Positions 49,166 through 59,724 of a stretch of DNA of 64,000 nucleotides are shown in pieces. Below the pieces are notes generated by a model, which had not been told where the DNA came from, did no database searches, and was given only the letters and a program-made list of their open reading frames with translations. Positions within the stretch are counted from its first letter, which is position 1, and each line of letters opens with the position of its first letter. The position numbers were made by a program, and so were the translations under genes. Source of the stretch: a virus; the IMG/VR virus record IMGVR_UViG_3300017917_003732, positions 22,996 to 86,995 of that record; one strand, 5' to 3'.

Positions 49166-50305
49166 TTACAAGACTGATGAGTAGTTTCGGAGGCTCACGC
49201 CCTTAGTGATCGCATCCTGTTGGCTAGACCCTAGCAAATCCTGAGGAAGCGGAACCCTAAAGCCTCTAGTGAGAGGAATTTGCTTGTAAGAACGATTTCG
49301 AACAATTACGTTGACGAACATAACTGTAGGGTCTTTTTGACTTTGCTCCAAAGTTACGCTTTGAAGTTGGAAAGGATACTCTTCATCAGAAACGTCTTGA
49401 CCCACATTCTCCTCTTGCTGCTTCTTAATAGACTGCCACCGAGAGAACATCGTCTGAATCTCAGCCGTGATTCGACTGTGAATCAGACCTCCGACAGTAA
49501 GCTTTTGCCCGATTTGCTCAACGATCGTAGTGCCATACCAAGGATGAAAGGGATTCGAGCCTCGAACCACATAAAAAGCCTTTTGAATCTCCTGTAGTAA
49601 CAGGCTCTCTTTTTCGGATCGAAGAATATCCCCCCCATTCGTATAACGCCAATCATTTTCAATACCTAGACCACCACACCTCCGACATTCCTGACGGACC
49701 GTAGTGTAGCTAATCTCGACGAAGTCACTATCGGAAGAAAGGTAGTCATCGAAAATAATAGCGCGGGAAGGACGGTCACTGACAGAATTAGGGTAATTGA
49801 CTAAGGTCCAACCAGGAACGATTCTCTTGCCTCTATACTCCCGGTCAACTTTGATCCCAGCTGCAAGAGCAAGAGTACTGTCAGCGTGTAAGTAGAGAGT
49901 GCTAGAACAGCCGGAAAGATTAGTACGGAACTTCAGTAGGTTGCCTTCCGCAAAAAACTGGACTCCCGAGAGTCCAGCTGTAAGCATGTCGGCAATAGCC
50001 TTGACCGAAACACGAATACCTGGAGGAATAACCACAACTTGCCAAGTACCACTATTAATCCTTAGCTTTATGGTGTCATTCACCCCTGTCCTAATGGTGA
50101 AAGGACCCTCGCGGGAACCCCCAGAACTAGCAGGAACATAGAGTCCGTACGAAGGTACTTCAGTCAGTCCATTGACCCTCACTACAACAGAATTAGCCGA
50201 CGAGATGGGCCGCATGGGCAAGACTGTAGCTCGACCTCCCGGAAGAAGAAATTCTTCGACCACAAGATGGGGGCAGACTTGGTCAATTTGACGGTCATAG
50301 CTCAT
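49166..50305 (-). CDS. gp25/gpW-like baseplate (sheath initiator) protein with N-terminal extra domain
   Basis: C-terminal LLQEIQK...RGSNPFHPWYGT; upstream of the J-like gene; CPH and CRRCGG motifs. Confidence 0.7.
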   Translation of the reverse strand: MSYDRQIDQVCPHLVVEEFLLPGGRATVLPMRPISSANSVVVRVNGLTEVPSYGLYVPASSGGSREGPFTIRTGVNDTIKLRINSGTWQVVVIPPGIRVSVKAIADMLTAGLSGVQFFAEGNLLKFRTNLSGCSSTLYLHADSTLALAAGIKVDREYRGKRIVPGWTLVNYPNSVSDRPSRAIIFDDYLSSDSDFVEISYTTVRQECRRCGGLGIENDWRYTNGGDILRSEKESLLLQEIQKAFYVVRGSNPFHPWYGTTIVEQIGQKLTVGGLIHSRITAEIQTMFSRWQSIKKQQEENVGQDVSDEEYPFQLQSVTLEQSQKDPTVMFVNVIVRNRSYKQIPLTRGFRVPLPQDLLGSSQQDAITKGVSLRNYSSVL

Positions 50306-51051
50306 GCAACCTCTCCTTCTCCAACAACGACTGCCCCATCACCAGTACGCTCTACCACAAGGCCATCAGCACCAGTCCGAGTTGGCCCCGAATCGTAAGA
50401 AGACATAGGTGCATGGGTCAACTTTCCGAATGGGTCCTTCCCCTGATCATCAAAGATAGACCTATAACTCGGGTCAGAAAACAAAACACTCATCGTGGAT
50501 ATCAAATTTTCAAGTGATCCATCCACCTCAACAGAAGACTTAATTTTTTTGAGAAGGTCGATCTCATCCTGCAACTGGTCCGAATAATCGATCGCTCTCC
50601 TGACCTTACGCTCCAATCGATCCAACAGGTCAAGGTGGTCGCCCATCCACTCCCTAATGTTCCGCACGGCGTTACCCGAAGGGGCATCCGCTAGACCTGG
50701 TTGAGGCACTGGCTCCCCATTGCTCAAAACCTTAGCCGTAGCAACCTCATCACCTTTCAGGTAATAAACAGGATCAGACTTAGACCGAACCTGGAGATCA
50801 TAGAACGGGTCTCCACCTAAGACCTCGTAAGCGGACATAAGCTTGCCAATATAGGTATTAAATCCCGGACTACCGGTGAGATATGACGTGGGCTTTCCAG
50901 CTGTGTCATAAGAAAACTTCAAAAACCCTACCCTCTGTTGCTCCACAGTAAGGTGTTGAATTCGAGCATCGACATAGGCGAGACGTGCTCGTGCATAAGC
51001 TACCAACCTTTCAAACTGTGATCGATTGAAAGTGCCCAGCCAGTCGAACAT
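50302..51051 (-). CDS. Hypothetical coiled-coil protein (249 aa)
   Basis: GGUGAGG SD; helical heptads; ATGA overlap with the gp25-like gene. Confidence 0.7.
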   Translation of the reverse strand: MFDWLGTFNRSQFERLVAYARARLAYVDARIQHLTVEQQRVGFLKFSYDTAGKPTSYLTGSPGFNTYIGKLMSAYEVLGGDPFYDLQVRSKSDPVYYLKGDEVATAKVLSNGEPVPQPGLADAPSGNAVRNIREWMGDHLDLLDRLERKVRRAIDYSDQLQDEIDLLKKIKSSVEVDGSLENLISTMSVLFSDPSYRSIFDDQGKDPFGKLTHAPMSSYDSGPTRTGADGLVVERTGDGAVVVGEGEVA

Positions 51052-51077
51052 GTCTGAACCTCACCAAAGAGTGATAA

Positions 51078-53273
51078 CTAGAAGATTAAGCCGAAAGCGG
51101 TCGAAAAAGCATCCACATTCGTCCCAGAATAAGCAAGCGCTATTCCAGCCGAATATCCACCTGGGCCAGACGGGGGGCGAGTGCCTCCAGCAGTATCAAC
51201 AGCCTCAATCCACCCCTGTACTCCCTTATCCGTACTCGGTAAGTTCAAAAAGTAAAACCCAGCGGAGAATGAGTCCAGGTAATTGAGTATCTCAATGAGG
51301 TACTTGATAAACTGTTCCAAAACGTCAATCTTGCGAATAAGCGTATCGATAAATGCTTTGATTTCAGAGATGGCTGACTTGAACGCATCAGCTAATGCCT
51401 CGATTCGGTTGAGTAAGTCATAGATGAACTGTCCACTCCAAGGAATGATATCTCGTAGGAGACTGACAGAAATCCAATCCGGAGGCGTACCACCAAGAGT
51501 GAAACTCTTAATGAATTGAACGGCATCAAGCAAATTTAGTCGAGTATTTGGATCAGAGAAGGCAGCCTCGTAGGTAGTGTAAACGTTCAAACTGTAGCTT
51601 TTCGGGAAGGTATCTGGGATATTATTGAAGGCATAAACAACATCCTTAAGTGTCCTACATCCCAAAAGATTGCCCTTGTCAGGAACTGAACGAGGCAGTG
51701 TTGCTAGGTACAAATCCCGCAAAGGTACAAGCATCCCGCTATTCTCCAAGAGTGACGAGCCTACTGCGTCCGCTAGCCTGGCAGAATGAGCCTTCACCGA
51801 GAAGTAGTTATGTGTGACATCTGGGTACTCCCCAGATGTCGGATCCGCCGTAACTTCAGATACTCCCGTACTACTAAAAGAGACTCCAGCTGTTTCCCCA
51901 GTCGAGGAGGTAGACTTCGAGTTGGCAAATCCAAGTGTGACAGCAGGGAGGACTTGTGATAGGGGGCCCCCAAGACCAGTAAGAGACCCTTTGCCTATTT
52001 CTGTGGCCGGGGTATTTCCCGTATTCCTACCAGTCTCGTCGAAAGTAGCAGTAGAGGACAGCTCCAAATGAAACCCTAACGCGAAAGCCATCCTAAAAGT
52101 GTATTGAAGAACAGTGATGACATCAAAATCTGAAGGAATGTTCGGAATTCTCCCTGTAACGATAGGACTTGGGCGCCCCATCACAACGGGGTCATCTGGG
52201 TCCGTCGTCGGCCATCGTTGTACCCATTCATTACGAGTGGTAGCATAGACGGGCTCCCCAAGAGCAAGAGTGCCGTCTGAGTTAACACTCAACGAGCCGC
52301 TAAAAGCCCGAATCCGGTAATGATAAGTCTTGTTCTTTTCTACACTTGTGTCAATGTACCTGAAAGTTCCGAGCTGACCCATAAAAAAAGTCGAACCGTT
52401 ATTTGAAGGCTCGATAACAATGTACTTCTCAAAACTTCGGAAAAGATCCCCATTCTCATCTCGGACCTTGATTGTCCTCTTGAGACGAGTACCTTTCTTA
52501 CTTTCGAAGTTAGTCGTGACCAACTTCGTAACCGTGGTAGGGCCTTGTGGATTGCTAGTTTTTTCGATCAGCCACTTCTGAGGGATCAGTTCGCTGGAAA
52601 CGGTTCCCAAAAGATTCTGATATCCCGGGTCAGGGGGGTACTGATTCGTCGCAAGTGACCATTCAATCGCAATCCCATTAAGCGTCGCCCCGAATACCGA
52701 AGCAACCTGAAGAATGGGGTCATAATCTGTACCCCCCATAGCCTTTGGTTTTCTTCCAGCAGGAAATGCCTTCACATTTGCAGGAGCCGTGTACTTAGCG
52801 GAGCTAAGCTCCCTGCCAAAGAAACGAAGCAAAATCTTGATAAGCCGAAGCAAGCCAAAAACCGTCTGTGCGTCAGCCACAATGAGAACGAACCCGCTCT
52901 TATTCACACTTGGAATAGGCTGAGGCCGAAATGGGTCCTTGGGGTCAAAAAGGCTAGCCTTGAACCTTTCCGTAAGCGCTTGGTAGCCACCTTTCCAACG
53001 ATCAAAGTTCGGGTCCTGTAATGGGTTAGGTATGTCGTACCAACCATAAAGTCCCGTTTGCTTCAGGGACTCAAACAACTGCATGACCAATTTCAGGAGC
53101 GCTTCGACAATTGGACGAATGGGGTTACCAAAGTCGATCAAAAAAAGACTGATCGTCTCAAGAAGGGCCTTAATGATCTCCATGAAGGTGACAAGGGCCT
53201 CAAGAGAACCCCTCACCTGTTCAAGCAGGTCCTTGCCCGGAACCTTAATTCGTAAGGCCGTCCAGTCAGACAT
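51078..53273 (-). CDS. Hypothetical virion protein with amphipathic helical termini and FN3-like insert
   Basis: YIDTSVEKNKTYHYRIRA is an FN3-type signature; long amphipathic helices at both ends; ATG 53273 has GGGAG SD. Confidence 0.65.
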   Translation of the reverse strand: MSDWTALRIKVPGKDLLEQVRGSLEALVTFMEIIKALLETISLFLIDFGNPIRPIVEALLKLVMQLFESLKQTGLYGWYDIPNPLQDPNFDRWKGGYQALTERFKASLFDPKDPFRPQPIPSVNKSGFVLIVADAQTVFGLLRLIKILLRFFGRELSSAKYTAPANVKAFPAGRKPKAMGGTDYDPILQVASVFGATLNGIAIEWSLATNQYPPDPGYQNLLGTVSSELIPQKWLIEKTSNPQGPTTVTKLVTTNFESKKGTRLKRTIKVRDENGDLFRSFEKYIVIEPSNNGSTFFMGQLGTFRYIDTSVEKNKTYHYRIRAFSGSLSVNSDGTLALGEPVYATTRNEWVQRWPTTDPDDPVVMGRPSPIVTGRIPNIPSDFDVITVLQYTFRMAFALGFHLELSSTATFDETGRNTGNTPATEIGKGSLTGLGGPLSQVLPAVTLGFANSKSTSSTGETAGVSFSSTGVSEVTADPTSGEYPDVTHNYFSVKAHSARLADAVGSSLLENSGMLVPLRDLYLATLPRSVPDKGNLLGCRTLKDVVYAFNNIPDTFPKSYSLNVYTTYEAAFSDPNTRLNLLDAVQFIKSFTLGGTPPDWISVSLLRDIIPWSGQFIYDLLNRIEALADAFKSAISEIKAFIDTLIRKIDVLEQFIKYLIEILNYLDSFSAGFYFLNLPSTDKGVQGWIEAVDTAGGTRPPSGPGGYSAGIALAYSGTNVDAFSTAFGLIF

Positions 53274-53275
53274 TC

Positions 53276-53458
53276 TCAACTCCCATATGTCAACCGTTCC
53301 AACTTCCGGCGAAGACCTTCAAGCTCCATCTCAGTTGCTTGTTTCGTCAGGAGGACTACTTTCCTCAACTCCCCAACAAGCCCAAACTCCGTCTTGTATT
53401 TCCATTCACAAGCCTCAGCCTGAGATTCATTTGACTTGGATTCATCAGACATGATCAC
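53276..53458 (-). CDS. Small coiled-coil protein (~60 aa)
   Basis: Exactly fills the gap between two large genes and overlaps the upstream stop. Confidence 0.6.
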   Translation of the reverse strand: MIMSDESKSNESQAEACEWKYKTEFGLVGELRKVVLLTKQATEMELEGLRRKLERLTYGS

Positions 53459-56400
53459 CCCACGGACAAGAGCTTAATAAGCTGGTTATACATGTCAGCC
53501 TGAGCCTTTAGGCGCTCAGAAACTGCTCGCTGTTGCTTCACTAAAATGCCCTTTTCCAAGTTGATCCTCGCATCGATCCATGCATAACGCTTATCATAAA
53601 GACGATCCGAAGAAGCCAAGATCGCCTCCAAATCTGCAACACTGGTGGATATCGTTCCCTGACGACTCGACAAGTCAGTATACCAGGTCGTAACACTCAA
53701 AGGTCCAAATCCCCTGGCAAAGTAATCTGGGTCCACAGAACCACTAGGCCCTAGAACCGAGATATCTGTTGAGGCTAATGACTGCCACCCCGAAGGTTTA
53801 GAGACGAAATCCAGAGCCGACTTGCGAACAGCATAGACTGCCTTCAATGACTTCTCCGTCACCCCAAAGGCACTCGCAACCTGAAACGAAGCTCCCCCTG
53901 GAGGGGGAGGATCCTTGACCCTCAAAACGTTAGCGCTTATTACCTCCACCACTTGGAAAACCCCCGCGCTTCCCTGAGGGTAAGAAGCATAGACATAGTC
54001 CCCTGCTTGCACGTGATTTGCCTGGAAATCTACTCCGCCTGCTCCAGTGAGGAGGGAACCCGAAAAAGTACCGGACACCAACCCCGGAAACCTTGCAGTG
54101 AAGACACTACTGAAAAATGCATCAGCAGAAGCAATCTCATCATTGAGAATTGCCACAAGCCCCCCAGCCGCTGAAGATAGCTCAACCAGATTGTCCGTAT
54201 GGCTGTAAGTACTAAGAGGGTTACAGATGCGGTACGTCTCAGGGAGAACCACTCCTATGAAGTCGAAGTCCACCTGAAGCTGAGTCTCAGAGAGAATTGC
54301 CACAACCTGACGTCTTTGGTACTTTGCAGTATGAGAGGAGTTTGTTAAAACAACGGTATACCCAGGCTTAATCCCATTGGCAATAAACTGCCCAGTAGGA
54401 TCCGTAAGTGTTGTTCCGCTCATTACGGTAAAAGATCCGATTTTCAAGTTATTCGAAGTAGTGATAAGAAACTGGAAACCAGAAGTAGGCTTAACTCCGA
54501 AAGCGTTTTCGACTAGTACCCAGTTAGACCCAACGGACAGGACCCGATGGAACGAAGAGGGTCCGTTCGCCCCATCAAGCACTCGAAGGAGATCCCCAGC
54601 TTGTGGTGCGGGACTTGGGAACGAACCAGAGGCAAGCGTGACCGTAGTTCCGACAGCATTTAGGGCACCGGTCCCGACAAATGGCGCCGGAAGCGTACCC
54701 AAATGCCCAGTAGGAGCTACATATTCCAACTGGATATCAGAGTAGCCAGAATTTCCAGAGTTTCCCTCGCATTCCAATTCAGGGCCTATGAGAGGAATCC
54801 GTTGGTCACCGTCGTCATCAAGGTCCTGTCCATATAGGGCTGGAATCTTTTTTGGAGCTGTCAACCCGTTGGAAAAGTTAACGGCTCCTTGCAAAAGCTC
54901 ATTTTGATTGGGAGCTTGGATACAAAGCTGTTCCGGGACTGATGGAACCGACCCGTCAAGGGGAGGATATGGTTTGACATAAAGCAAGTAGCCCTTTTCG
55001 TTGTCGAGAGCCACATCTGTCCCAACTCGGTAACTTTTTTGATATGTCTGGTCCTTGACCCCTAGAAAAACTGTTGCTCCCGCCGGAACGGCTTGTGGAA
55101 GGGCGTCAACAGTCAGGCTTGTCGTTGTCACCAAACCAACCGTCAAAGGCGTCTCCTGGGGCACGTAATAGGTTCCAGAGGGGTCCTGAATAACAACCTT
55201 CATTCCAGACACGAACCCAGGTCGAAATGGGGGAGCGTCAAAAGCTTCCGTGGTGTCCACATGCAGAGTTGTACTTCCAGCTTTGGCAGATCGAATGATT
55301 CGAGCGCGAGGGAAACGACGAAATACAGTGGGGTCAGACCCCGTGATACTTTTAACTTCAAAATCCATTAACTGGGCACCTGTCTCGGCATTCTGATCTT
55401 TGCCAGTTAACGTCTTTCCCACCCCAGTCTTGTGCATTGGGAAGAATCTGCTTTGTGCCCCTGGCTGATATGCCTGAACGTAGGTCCCCAGAAAAGTAGG
55501 CGTGGGGTCAAATACGACAGGAAATTCTGAAATCTTCACTCGGTCATCAATCTGATTGCTTGCCAAAGAAAAATCAGAAACTACTGAGCCAGTAGTCCCG
55601 TCAAACCTAAACCTCCCGTCCCAATCCCCCACAACCCTCCCATCAATAGAACATAGTATATCCTCAACCGTATTGATCGTGTCATTGTAATTCTTCAGAG
55701 TGGTTCTCGCGACTATATCCTCATTTGAGTAAGCCCCCTCATCGAAAAAGACCGATTTCTGACCTTGTTCGTGAAGCTTTGGTTGAGAGGCGTTATCCAC
55801 TCGTGGACCACTTGAGGGAACAGATGACTTTGCTTCATCACTGTACTTCTTTGCGAGCTCACCCCTGTAGTTTCCCATGGTCTCAACACGGAAGTAAAAC
55901 GAATCTGGGACCAAAGTTGTAAAAGTCCCAACAAGAATTTGATTCAGGAGCCCATTCTCTGAGTTTGGCGAAATGGTATGAGTATAGGATGCCCTAAGCT
56001 GCCCAGGATTAATGGCACGATACCTAGAATACAGAATCGAGATTTCCTCACCAGAAATCAAAGGCGAAGAAATCTCAACCTTACCAGCATCGTCAATCTT
56101 GAAGTCTACTGGAGAAGAGAGGATGACCCCAGGTGCACCCTCAATACGACGATATACCGTAACCGTATCAAGTAGGGTATAGGGGTCTACCCCCACTGGG
56201 GACGGTGGAATCACTGGAGAGGAAGACGTCTGTATTTTAGTAAGCGAGTCCTCATAAATTGGCCGCACCGACCTACGTAAAACAACCTGACCCAACGTGT
56301 ATTGTCTAGCAGCTGTTTGCGTAAAGGTAACCTCGGTTCGATCTACCTCTGCCTTGTACTTGGAGCCAGAAACCAAGTAAAACTCACTATAAGAAACGCC

Positions 56401-59400
56401 ACTAATACTGCCAGAGAAGTTGAGGACAGTTCCAGTACGGTAACTTCCAGAAACATCCCCAAAAAAGAGAACCCTCGTCATTCCCCTCGGCATGCTCTCA
56501 AATTGGGTGATATCTGGAACAAAGTATGCCGGACTTAGGTAAAACGAATTGAGTCTAGTAGGTCCCGAAGAACGATACAGCCTTGGGTTGGTGAAGTCAT
56601 CACGGAAGCCTTGCCCTAATGCCAAGTTCACCGTAGTAGTATCTGACGGGGGATCATAAGAGGGCTCCCCCAAATAGTAGAGCTGTTCCTGCTCAATCCG
56701 GAGCAGGTAATCAGCTGCAAATAGTGATCGAAAATCACCCCTGACCGTGAAACTAGTACCCCCTTCTCGAATCGTAACCGGAGTGATGACAAAAGGAGGC
56801 TTCTGCACAGTAATGGTGTTTTCTCCACCCAAAGCCTCGTAAATGTTGTAATCGATATAAACTCTCTCACCTGCACCAACCACAGACCCGTGAGGGAGAG
56901 CATCAGTGATTCGGAGCATACCGGTCGGAGTGGGAAGTGAGTCCGGCAAAAACGAAATCACAGATCGTGCGGGGTCTACAGCAACCTGAGTCTCATCTTG
57001 CGGGCGACCTCCACGGAAAACCACCGGTTTAGGAGTTGGAGCCACGGTCCGACCATGCAAGTTAAACGAAATTGTTGAAGTGTCCGTCGGGTGTTCCGTC
57101 AATTCCTTCCGTATTAGGAAGGTCCCTCGTTCCTCGGTGAGTGTAAGAGGACTCACAGTAAGATCTGGGTTGTCTTCCTCCGACGGATACGTCAAAAAGA
57201 CCTCATCTAGTGCCAGAAGGCGCTCACTAAGCTGAAACATTCCGAGTTCAGCACTGACCCTATAATCCCTTCCCTGGGATAGTGTCCAAACTTGATAAAC
57301 CTGAGAACCCAGATCCCCATCGAAAAAGTTAAGACTTCCTGTCTCTAGGCTTATCTCGACCACTCCAGAACTCGCAATGGTCGTGAAGTCCATATCAGTC
57401 GAAACCAAACGGGTTTCTGTCGAAAACCTATTAGAACCAAAACGAAATCTAGTGACTGAAGCCAAGGATTTTTCGATGACGATTCTTGTACTATTATCTG
57501 CCACTCCAATTAACCGGATTTTCTCTACTCTAACATTCGGGTCCACCAAAGTGACCTCTGAGAAAAACCTATCAGCCAAAACCTCATGATCCTCACGAAT
57601 CTCGTAGCTGATACCAGAGTGAGCACCTGACAGGGGTGGACTGAAAGTCAAGTGCGTTGTATCAGGAACTGTCTCGACCGTGTAAACACCCTTATGTTCC
57701 CCAGAGGTGATTAGAAGCAGATTGTTCGGGATAACTGAGCTGAAGTCAGCTCCTGCGTCGTAAAGGATCCCAAGCTGCCCAGACGCAACCTCACCTCCCG
57801 AACTTGATAATACAAGAGTTCCAACTTCATCAACAAATGACAGAACCCCAGAGTTGGAATCCAAAATAGCATCACCTGCATTAAGGCTAACTTCAACAGG
57901 GTCTCCAACCAGATGAATAGGGAGAAATCCGCTACCCTGGTCCAACTCAAAAGAGGCATTCAAGCTATTAATCAATGGCTGAAGAGCCCATGTACCGGTG
58001 ATAGTTGGAATTTGATGAACTTCATTATTTCGACGAAACGAGTAAACGAGTTGCTTACTATCAAAATCAAGGGTATACCCATACCCCAAAGGGGGATTTT
58101 CTACGTCGAGTCTTGGGAGAAGTCCAACGAAACTACCAGTACCCTGCCGAACCTCATAGACAATAGGGTAGGCTGGGTCATCAACAGGAAGGACTGGTAG
58201 GAAAACCATCGGAGCCCCGATGACTGGATTTGCAAGCTGGGCATCCTCTGTCGGATAGAAAGAAGAGAAGTCCTTAGCCAGGGGGTCTACCCCCTCTAAG
58301 TCCACAGGCGACCGAAAGAAACGGAGCGAGAGGCCGCGTTCCAAAACTAGGTCCCCATTGATGGCTTCCACAGCCCAGCTCCCATACGTAATCTGGTCCG
58401 GCAAAGAGAACTGAACAGCCCCGGTAGACTCATGAACCTGAACAGCTCCTGTAGCCCCCGGAGGCGTAAAGGCTGTAACCCTAGTGGTGATTGGAAACTG
58501 ATGCACCGAAGCAGCTACTTCTACACGATAACCGACCGAACCAACCCCAGGAAATGGGGGAGATACTTGAAGTGTCGTAGCATTTACGATTGTAACAAGT
58601 CGCCTAGCACCAACATAGGGACCTGAAGTGATAAGAAGAGAGTCCCCAACAGAGACCCCAGCCGCACTAAAGTCAGCACCAGAGTCTGTCAACAAAGACG
58701 TGTGAGTCAACGTTCCAGTACCAGAAGGGCACGCCGAAGTATTAACCGCCCGAAAGACGAGATCGCCTCCAGCTAAAGGAATAGGGTTCACAATCGAAGG
58801 AGAGGAAACCGTCCCAATAGCCTGCTTTGAAAGGCCTTTACCTTTCTCGAAAAGAACGCCATCATAATAGACAGGCTCTCCATCATTCTCGACTAAGTCC
58901 TCGGCATTGAAACGAACTTTACCCGTATCTCGAGACCATTGAAATGACCCCTTTATAGGCTCCGAAAACGATACTTCGTTCACTACAGAGATCGGAGTCA
59001 GGTAAAGACCAAAACCGAATCGAAGAAGGGGCGCCTGGTAACTCCCTCCAGTTGGGCCTTGCCCTGGGATAGGGTTGAGCAGAATCGTGTCTACCCCTGT
59101 CACCCCGAGATGTCCCTTGGACTCTCTTAGAGTAAAGAAACTTTGTTGCTGATAAAAGACCTTTTGGCCGAGATTCACCGTTAGATCTGTTTCATTCCAA
59201 TTCAGATTCCCAGTCTCCAAACTGAGCTGCACAACGTTCGGAGTCGAAATCACCGTGAATTCGGAATCGAAGTCAACCAACGACACAGACAAGGTACTGC
59301 CACTTCCAATCTCTCCTAAAGAAAGACGAAAAGGAGACGTAGCGGCGGGGAAGACTGGCTTCGACGAAACCTTTAGGCGATTCGCATTGGAGTCGAGAGC

Positions 59401-59706
59401 AAGAGACCCAACCAAAACGCGCGTACTTCCCGGAAGGGGTCGAAACTTTCCTTCCGTACCATCATAGTCAAAACGCTGAAGGCCACCCTCATTCTTAGTC
59501 CAACCGAACTCGGCAACCGGAAAGTCACCATCCACCAAAACAAGCGTCAGATACTCAGTCCGCCCAGGCGTACTTTCGTCACTTCCATAAATCGACGAAT
59601 AGGCAGAGTAATCAGAGATGAAGTTATCAGGACTGGCCGTAAATGAACTATTTGCGGCACCAACACGAGGTTTTTCGACTACGTAACCAGAAAGCGAAAA
59701 TCCCAT
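53455..59706 (-). CDS. Large mosaic baseplate/tail protein (2083 aa)
   Basis: About ten xSLETGxLxF-type repeats, several LTDxxADF..GD.L.I..G modules, C-terminal coiled coil; GAGGAGG SD. Confidence 0.72.
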   Translation of the reverse strand: MGFSLSGYVVEKPRVGAANSSFTASPDNFISDYSAYSSIYGSDESTPGRTEYLTLVLVDGDFPVAEFGWTKNEGGLQRFDYDGTEGKFRPLPGSTRVLVGSLALDSNANRLKVSSKPVFPAATSPFRLSLGEIGSGSTLSVSLVDFDSEFTVISTPNVVQLSLETGNLNWNETDLTVNLGQKVFYQQQSFFTLRESKGHLGVTGVDTILLNPIPGQGPTGGSYQAPLLRFGFGLYLTPISVVNEVSFSEPIKGSFQWSRDTGKVRFNAEDLVENDGEPVYYDGVLFEKGKGLSKQAIGTVSSPSIVNPIPLAGGDLVFRAVNTSACPSGTGTLTHTSLLTDSGADFSAAGVSVGDSLLITSGPYVGARRLVTIVNATTLQVSPPFPGVGSVGYRVEVAASVHQFPITTRVTAFTPPGATGAVQVHESTGAVQFSLPDQITYGSWAVEAINGDLVLERGLSLRFFRSPVDLEGVDPLAKDFSSFYPTEDAQLANPVIGAPMVFLPVLPVDDPAYPIVYEVRQGTGSFVGLLPRLDVENPPLGYGYTLDFDSKQLVYSFRRNNEVHQIPTITGTWALQPLINSLNASFELDQGSGFLPIHLVGDPVEVSLNAGDAILDSNSGVLSFVDEVGTLVLSSSGGEVASGQLGILYDAGADFSSVIPNNLLLITSGEHKGVYTVETVPDTTHLTFSPPLSGAHSGISYEIREDHEVLADRFFSEVTLVDPNVRVEKIRLIGVADNSTRIVIEKSLASVTRFRFGSNRFSTETRLVSTDMDFTTIASSGVVEISLETGSLNFFDGDLGSQVYQVWTLSQGRDYRVSAELGMFQLSERLLALDEVFLTYPSEEDNPDLTVSPLTLTEERGTFLIRKELTEHPTDTSTISFNLHGRTVAPTPKPVVFRGGRPQDETQVAVDPARSVISFLPDSLPTPTGMLRITDALPHGSVVGAGERVYIDYNIYEALGGENTITVQKPPFVITPVTIREGGTSFTVRGDFRSLFAADYLLRIEQEQLYYLGEPSYDPPSDTTTVNLALGQGFRDDFTNPRLYRSSGPTRLNSFYLSPAYFVPDITQFESMPRGMTRVLFFGDVSGSYRTGTVLNFSGSISGVSYSEFYLVSGSKYKAEVDRTEVTFTQTAARQYTLGQVVLRRSVRPIYEDSLTKIQTSSSPVIPPSPVGVDPYTLLDTVTVYRRIEGAPGVILSSPVDFKIDDAGKVEISSPLISGEEISILYSRYRAINPGQLRASYTHTISPNSENGLLNQILVGTFTTLVPDSFYFRVETMGNYRGELAKKYSDEAKSSVPSSGPRVDNASQPKLHEQGQKSVFFDEGAYSNEDIVARTTLKNYNDTINTVEDILCSIDGRVVGDWDGRFRFDGTTGSVVSDFSLASNQIDDRVKISEFPVVFDPTPTFLGTYVQAYQPGAQSRFFPMHKTGVGKTLTGKDQNAETGAQLMDFEVKSITGSDPTVFRRFPRARIIRSAKAGSTTLHVDTTEAFDAPPFRPGFVSGMKVVIQDPSGTYYVPQETPLTVGLVTTTSLTVDALPQAVPAGATVFLGVKDQTYQKSYRVGTDVALDNEKGYLLYVKPYPPLDGSVPSVPEQLCIQAPNQNELLQGAVNFSNGLTAPKKIPALYGQDLDDDGDQRIPLIGPELECEGNSGNSGYSDIQLEYVAPTGHLGTLPAPFVGTGALNAVGTTVTLASGSFPSPAPQAGDLLRVLDGANGPSSFHRVLSVGSNWVLVENAFGVKPTSGFQFLITTSNNLKIGSFTVMSGTTLTDPTGQFIANGIKPGYTVVLTNSSHTAKYQRRQVVAILSETQLQVDFDFIGVVLPETYRICNPLSTYSHTDNLVELSSAAGGLVAILNDEIASADAFFSSVFTARFPGLVSGTFSGSLLTGAGGVDFQANHVQAGDYVYASYPQGSAGVFQVVEVISANVLRVKDPPPPGGASFQVASAFGVTEKSLKAVYAVRKSALDFVSKPSGWQSLASTDISVLGPSGSVDPDYFARGFGPLSVTTWYTDLSSRQGTISTSVADLEAILASSDRLYDKRYAWIDARINLEKGILVKQQRAVSERLKAQADMYNQLIKLLSVG

Positions 59707-59724
59707 CTTTTCCTCCTCTACATT

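Noticed and set aside
29392-51080. TAG recoding (alternative genetic code)
   Set aside because: Multi-kb ORFs are intact in code 11, and TAG stops fall at natural gene ends followed by SD and start of the next gene.
10410-51080. Additional TTAT words at about 10420 and 51075 as promoter copies
   Set aside because: They lack the conserved G at -7, lie in very short gaps, and a 4-mer alone is expected by chance.
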